Under the pieces are notes generated by a model, which saw nothing but the letters and a program-made list of their open reading frames with translations, was not told the origin of the DNA and did not search any database. A stretch of DNA of 64,000 bases from Candidatus Pacearchaeota archaeon (GTDB lineage Archaea; Nanobdellota; Nanobdellia; Pacearchaeales; GW2011-AR1): positions 3,574-67,573 of the forward strand of contig JAGLWM010000004.1 in the NCBI GenBank assembly GCA_023133415.1, in the 5' to 3' direction. Position numbers and translations under genes: made by a program. Positions 60,929 to 64,000 of this stretch are shown in pieces. Every line of letters begins with the position of its first letter. The first letter of the stretch is position 1.

Positions 60929-61626
60929 TGGGAAAGAGAATTATTCAGCAGCGACGTGGAAGAGGCGGACATACTTACAAGGTTAGAGAGAAGGCGAGTG
61001 AGGTTCGACCTGGGTATTTGGTTGATTTGAGTGGGGATTTTGAATGTGTGAAATTGGTTTCGAGTATTGGGCATTCGGTTCCGATTGCAAAGTTTGTAAA
61101 CAATGAAGGGAAGGTTTTTTCTAATTTTGCGGTTGACTTGCTTTATGTTGGACAGAAGATTTCGGTTGGTGGTAATAGTAATGGGGATATTTCGAAACTT
61201 GGGGATTTGAAAAATGGGACGGAAATTTTTAACATTGAACATAATCCTGGGGACGGTGGGAAGTTTGTTCGGAGTGGTGGGAATGCTGCGACTATTATGG
61301 CGAAAGAGGGCGATATTGTTAAGGTTATGATGCCGTCGAAGAGGATCAAGAAGTTTAAGGTAAATTGTAGGGCAACAATTGGTAGGGCTGCTGGGGATGG
61401 TCGTGTTAGTAAGCCGATTTTGAAGGCAGGTAAGAAGTTTTATATAATGAAGATGAAATCTAAATTGTGGCCGAGAACTTCTGCTGTTAAGATGAATGCC
61501 ATTGACCATCCGTTTGGATCTGGACGAGGGAAGCGTATTAAGAGTAAGATTGCTAAGCGAAATGCTTCGCCTGGTAAGAAGGTTGGATTGTTGAGGCCGA
61601 GTCGGACTGGGAGGAAGAAAAGATAA
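60928..61626 (+). CDS. rpl2: 50S ribosomal protein L2 (uL2)
   Basis: MGKRIIQQRRGRGGHTYK.., DHPFGSGRGKRI. Confidence 0.95.
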   Translation: MGKRIIQQRRGRGGHTYKVREKASEVRPGYLVDLSGDFECVKLVSSIGHSVPIAKFVNNEGKVFSNFAVDLLYVGQKISVGGNSNGDISKLGDLKNGTEIFNIEHNPGDGGKFVRSGGNAATIMAKEGDIVKVMMPSKRIKKFKVNCRATIGRAAGDGRVSKPILKAGKKFYIMKMKSKLWPRTSAVKMNAIDHPFGSGRGKRIKSKIAKRNASPGKKVGLLRPSRTGRKKR

Positions 61627-61627
61627 G

Positions 61628-62014
61628 ATGGCAGAAGAATTAGTTAAGAAAAGTAAGGAAAAGTTTTTTCGAGGAAAGAATGTTGAGGACTTGAAAGCTG
61701 TTAATACGAGGGAGTTTGCCAAGTTGGTTAAATCTCGGGCTCGTAGGACGATTTTGAGGAATTATGATGTAATTGAAGCATTTGTTAGAAAGCTTGAGGA
61801 GAGGACTGCGAATGGGAAGATGGCGAAGACGCATGATAGGTCGCTTGTGATTGTTCCACGAATGGTCGGGAAAATAGTTGGAGTTCATAATGGGAAGGAA
61901 TTTGTGAAGGTTGCGATTACACACGATATGCTTGGTCATAGATTAGGAGAGTTTTCGATGACGAGGAAAATAGCTAAACATACATCTTTAGGGAAGAAGA
62001 AAGAAGTAAAATAA
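61628..62014 (+). CDS. rps19: 30S ribosomal protein S19 (uS19)
   Basis: VGVHNGKEFVKVAITHDMLGHRLGEFSMTRK. Confidence 0.95.
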   Translation: MAEELVKKSKEKFFRGKNVEDLKAVNTREFAKLVKSRARRTILRNYDVIEAFVRKLEERTANGKMAKTHDRSLVIVPRMVGKIVGVHNGKEFVKVAITHDMLGHRLGEFSMTRKIAKHTSLGKKKEVK

Positions 62015-62530
62015 ATGGTAGAGGAAAAGAAAATGGAAACTGAGAAAAAAATGAAGACTGAAGAGAAAGTGGAAGAGAAAGTGGAGAAGAAAGTTAAGAC
62101 TAAGAAGAAGGAAGTTGTCAAGAAAGATGTAGCGGTTGCTAATGGATTTAGTTTGAAGATTTCGCCGAGGCAGTCCAAATATACTTGTAGGGTAATTCGA
62201 GGAAAGAGTCCTGAGGGTGCAGTTGCGAGATTGCAGGCTGTGATTGATGAGAAGAGGCCGGTGCCTATGGCTGCGATGGAAGTTGGGCACAGGAAAGGAA
62301 AAGGTTTGGCTGGGGGTAGGTTTCCGAAAAATGCATGTATGGCGATTATGGAGATTGTAAAGCAGGCTGGTGCGAATGCAGTTGTTGCTGGAATTGAGAA
62401 TCCGGTGATTTCGATTGCTAGGAGCGATAGGGCTTCTGCTCCGTATAGAAAGGCAGGACGGAAAGCGAAGAGAGCGCACATTCATATTGAGATTCGAGAT
62501 AAAACTAAATTAATTGGGAAGGTAAAATAA
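62015..62530 (+). CDS. rpl22: 50S ribosomal protein L22 (uL22) with Lys/Glu-rich N-terminal extension
   Basis: ISPRQSKYTCRVIRGKSPEGAVARLQAVI..GHRKGKGLAGGRFPKNA. Confidence 0.9.
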   Translation: MVEEKKMETEKKMKTEEKVEEKVEKKVKTKKKEVVKKDVAVANGFSLKISPRQSKYTCRVIRGKSPEGAVARLQAVIDEKRPVPMAAMEVGHRKGKGLAGGRFPKNACMAIMEIVKQAGANAVVAGIENPVISIARSDRASAPYRKAGRKAKRAHIHIEIRDKTKLIGKVK

Positions 62531-63255
62531 TGGAAGAGAAGCAGTTTGTTGGTGTTAGGAAGGATGAGTATAATGTGAAGCAGTTTGTAAAGGGAATGTT
62601 CGGGAAAGGGAAGGTTTCGAGTGTGACGATTGAATATACGCCCGTTGGAGAGCGAATTGTTGTTGCGACACATAGACCTGGTTGGATTATTGGGCGGAAG
62701 GGTGAAAAGATTGCTGAGTTAACTGAGATTTTGAAGAGACGGTTTAAGATGGAGAATCCGCATGTTGATATTGAAGAGATTAGCCGACCTGAGTTTGATG
62801 CACAATTGGTTGCTGATGATATTGCTTTGACTCTTGAAAGGTTCGGTTCGCAGAAGTATAAGGCTTCAAGTTATCGGGCACTTGGAAGGATTAAGAATGG
62901 TGGAGCTTTGGGAGCTGAGATTAGGGTTGCTGGGAAGTTGCCTAGTGATAGGGCTCGTGTTTGGAGATTTGCATTTGGTTATTTGAAGAAGACTGGAGAT
63001 GCGGCGAAGCTGGTTGATAGGGCGGAGACTGTTGCTCAGACGAAACAGGGTATTGTTGGAATCAAGGTTGCGATTTTGGCGCCTGGTGTTAAAATGTGTG
63101 ATCAGATTAGTGTGGATGAAGAGTTGCTTGAGGCTGTTAGAAAGAATGCGACTTTTGAGAAAGTTGAGGAGACTGTGAAGAAGGTTAAGAAGAAGCGCAA
63201 GTCGGGAGTCAAGGCTAAACCAACTAAGAAGAAGGCTAAGGAGGAAGGGAAGTAA
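62530..63255 (+). CDS. rps3: 30S ribosomal protein S3 (uS3)
   Basis: KH domain PGWIIGRKGEKIAELTEILKRRF. Confidence 0.95.
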   Translation: MEEKQFVGVRKDEYNVKQFVKGMFGKGKVSSVTIEYTPVGERIVVATHRPGWIIGRKGEKIAELTEILKRRFKMENPHVDIEEISRPEFDAQLVADDIALTLERFGSQKYKASSYRALGRIKNGGALGAEIRVAGKLPSDRARVWRFAFGYLKKTGDAAKLVDRAETVAQTKQGIVGIKVAILAPGVKMCDQISVDEELLEAVRKNATFEKVEETVKKVKKKRKSGVKAKPTKKKAKEEGK

Positions 63256-63449
63256 TGGCAGAGAAAAAATTAACAGAGAAGGAAGTTAAGAAGAAGATTC
63301 GAGATTTGAAGATTGAGTTGTTGAGGAGTCCAACGAAGAAGGGAAGGGTTAAAAAGGAAATTGCGCGACTTTTAACTGTGAGAAATGAAGAGTCAAGAGT
63401 CAGTGGAAAAAAGCAAACTGAGACTAAATTAGCGGAGGATAAGGAGTAA
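63255..63449 (+). CDS. rpl29: 50S ribosomal protein L29 (uL29)
   Basis: LTEKEVKKKIRDLKIELLR; operon position. Confidence 0.85.
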   Translation: MAEKKLTEKEVKKKIRDLKIELLRSPTKKGRVKKEIARLLTVRNEESRVSGKKQTETKLAEDKE

Positions 63450-63749
63450 GTGGAAATTTGTCCAAAGTGTGGTTTACCCGAGGCTGCTTGTGTTTGTGGC
63501 GAGATTGCTAAGACGCAGCAGAATATCGAGGTTAAAACTGAGAAAAGGCGCTTTGGAAAAGTTAACACGATAATTTCGGGATTTGACGACGGAGTTGACA
63601 TCAAGGCTATCGCGAAGAAGCTCAAAGCAAAACGGGCTTGTGGTGGTACGATTAAAAACAAAGTAGTTGAATTGCAAGGAAATCATAAGGGCTTCATTAA
63701 ACCAATCTTGGTGAGCGAGGGTTTTAGCGAGGATCAAATTAAAGATTAA
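63450..63749 (+). CDS. sui1: translation initiation factor SUI1 (aIF1)
   Basis: GTG start; KRRFGKVNTIISGFDD..IKAIAKKLKAKRACGGTIKNKVVELQGNH. Confidence 0.85.
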   Translation: MEICPKCGLPEAACVCGEIAKTQQNIEVKTEKRRFGKVNTIISGFDDGVDIKAIAKKLKAKRACGGTIKNKVVELQGNHKGFIKPILVSEGFSEDQIKD

Positions 63750-63750
63750 A

Positions 63751-64000
63751 ATGGAAGAAAAGAAAAAAATGGAAAATAGTATTGAATGTAAGGACAGGTT
63801 TTGCCCTGTGCATGGAGATAAGAAATTAAAGATGCGTGGGCGGACATTTCAAGGAAAGGTTATAAAGAAGTTGGCTGGACGTGTGACGATTCAGTTTGAT
63901 CGGATGTTGAAGCTACCTAAATATGAGCGGTACGAGAAAAGGCGGACGAAGATTCATGCGAGATTACCTGATTGTATGAGTGGGGATGTCAGTGTTGGGG
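63751..64000 (+). CDS. rps17: 30S ribosomal protein S17 (uS17), partial (runs off window)
   Basis: CKDRFCPVHGDKKLKMRGRTFQGKVIKKLAGRVTIQFDRMLKLPKYERYEKRRTKIHA. Confidence 0.85.
   Translation, partial: MEEKKKMENSIECKDRFCPVHGDKKLKMRGRTFQGKVIKKLAGRVTIQFDRMLKLPKYERYEKRRTKIHARLPDCMSGDVSVG

Overview
This 64 kb window looks like an archaeal chromosome fragment. A small-genome DPANN-type lineage (Pace-/Woesearchaeota-like) is my inference only. The core is archaeal informational and cell-division genes: primase and PCNA at 0.8-3.2 kb; dph2, sepF, prefoldin beta, rpoP, L37Ae, tRNA-Pro, L11, spt5, secE, ftsZ and pyrF/pyrE on the minus strand at 31-44 kb; aIF5A, L40e, an S2P protease, Taw1 and L1-L10-L12 at 44-51 kb; two tRNA-Ser genes; then cyclophilin, AMP phosphorylase and the L3-L4-L23-L2-S19-L22-S3-L29-SUI1-S17 operon at 59-64 kb. 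Between 3.3 and 29 kb lies a large accessory cell-surface island. It holds at least six proteins with class III (type IV pilin-like, KRGQ) signal peptides. It also holds a 1409-aa cysteine-rich membrane/surface protein and a split paralogous pair (about 600 + 690 aa). An S-layer protein, a GT2 glycosyltransferase, an archaeosortase-like enzyme next to a candidate substrate, a HEPN-MNT pair and a four-helix-bundle (Avd/23S-IVS-like) gene complete the island. Most genes have a TTTATAAA-type TATA box about 24-27 nt upstream of the ATG, which suggests largely leaderless mRNAs. The most unusual signal is a set of short, modular, hairpin-rich repeat families. One is an 81-83 bp element sitting exactly at the ancestral leaderless start codons of rpl11, spt5 and ftsZ, with CATG duplication and a conserved 22-codon uORF. 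Another is a G-rich GGTCGG element with a 19-bp target duplication that includes a start codon. Others are hairpin arrays with compensatory stem changes, and 105-143 bp elements that duplicate tRNA 3' ends. No CRISPR array, rRNA gene, transposase or integrase was seen. All coordinates, distances and alignments were derived by eye from the sequence.
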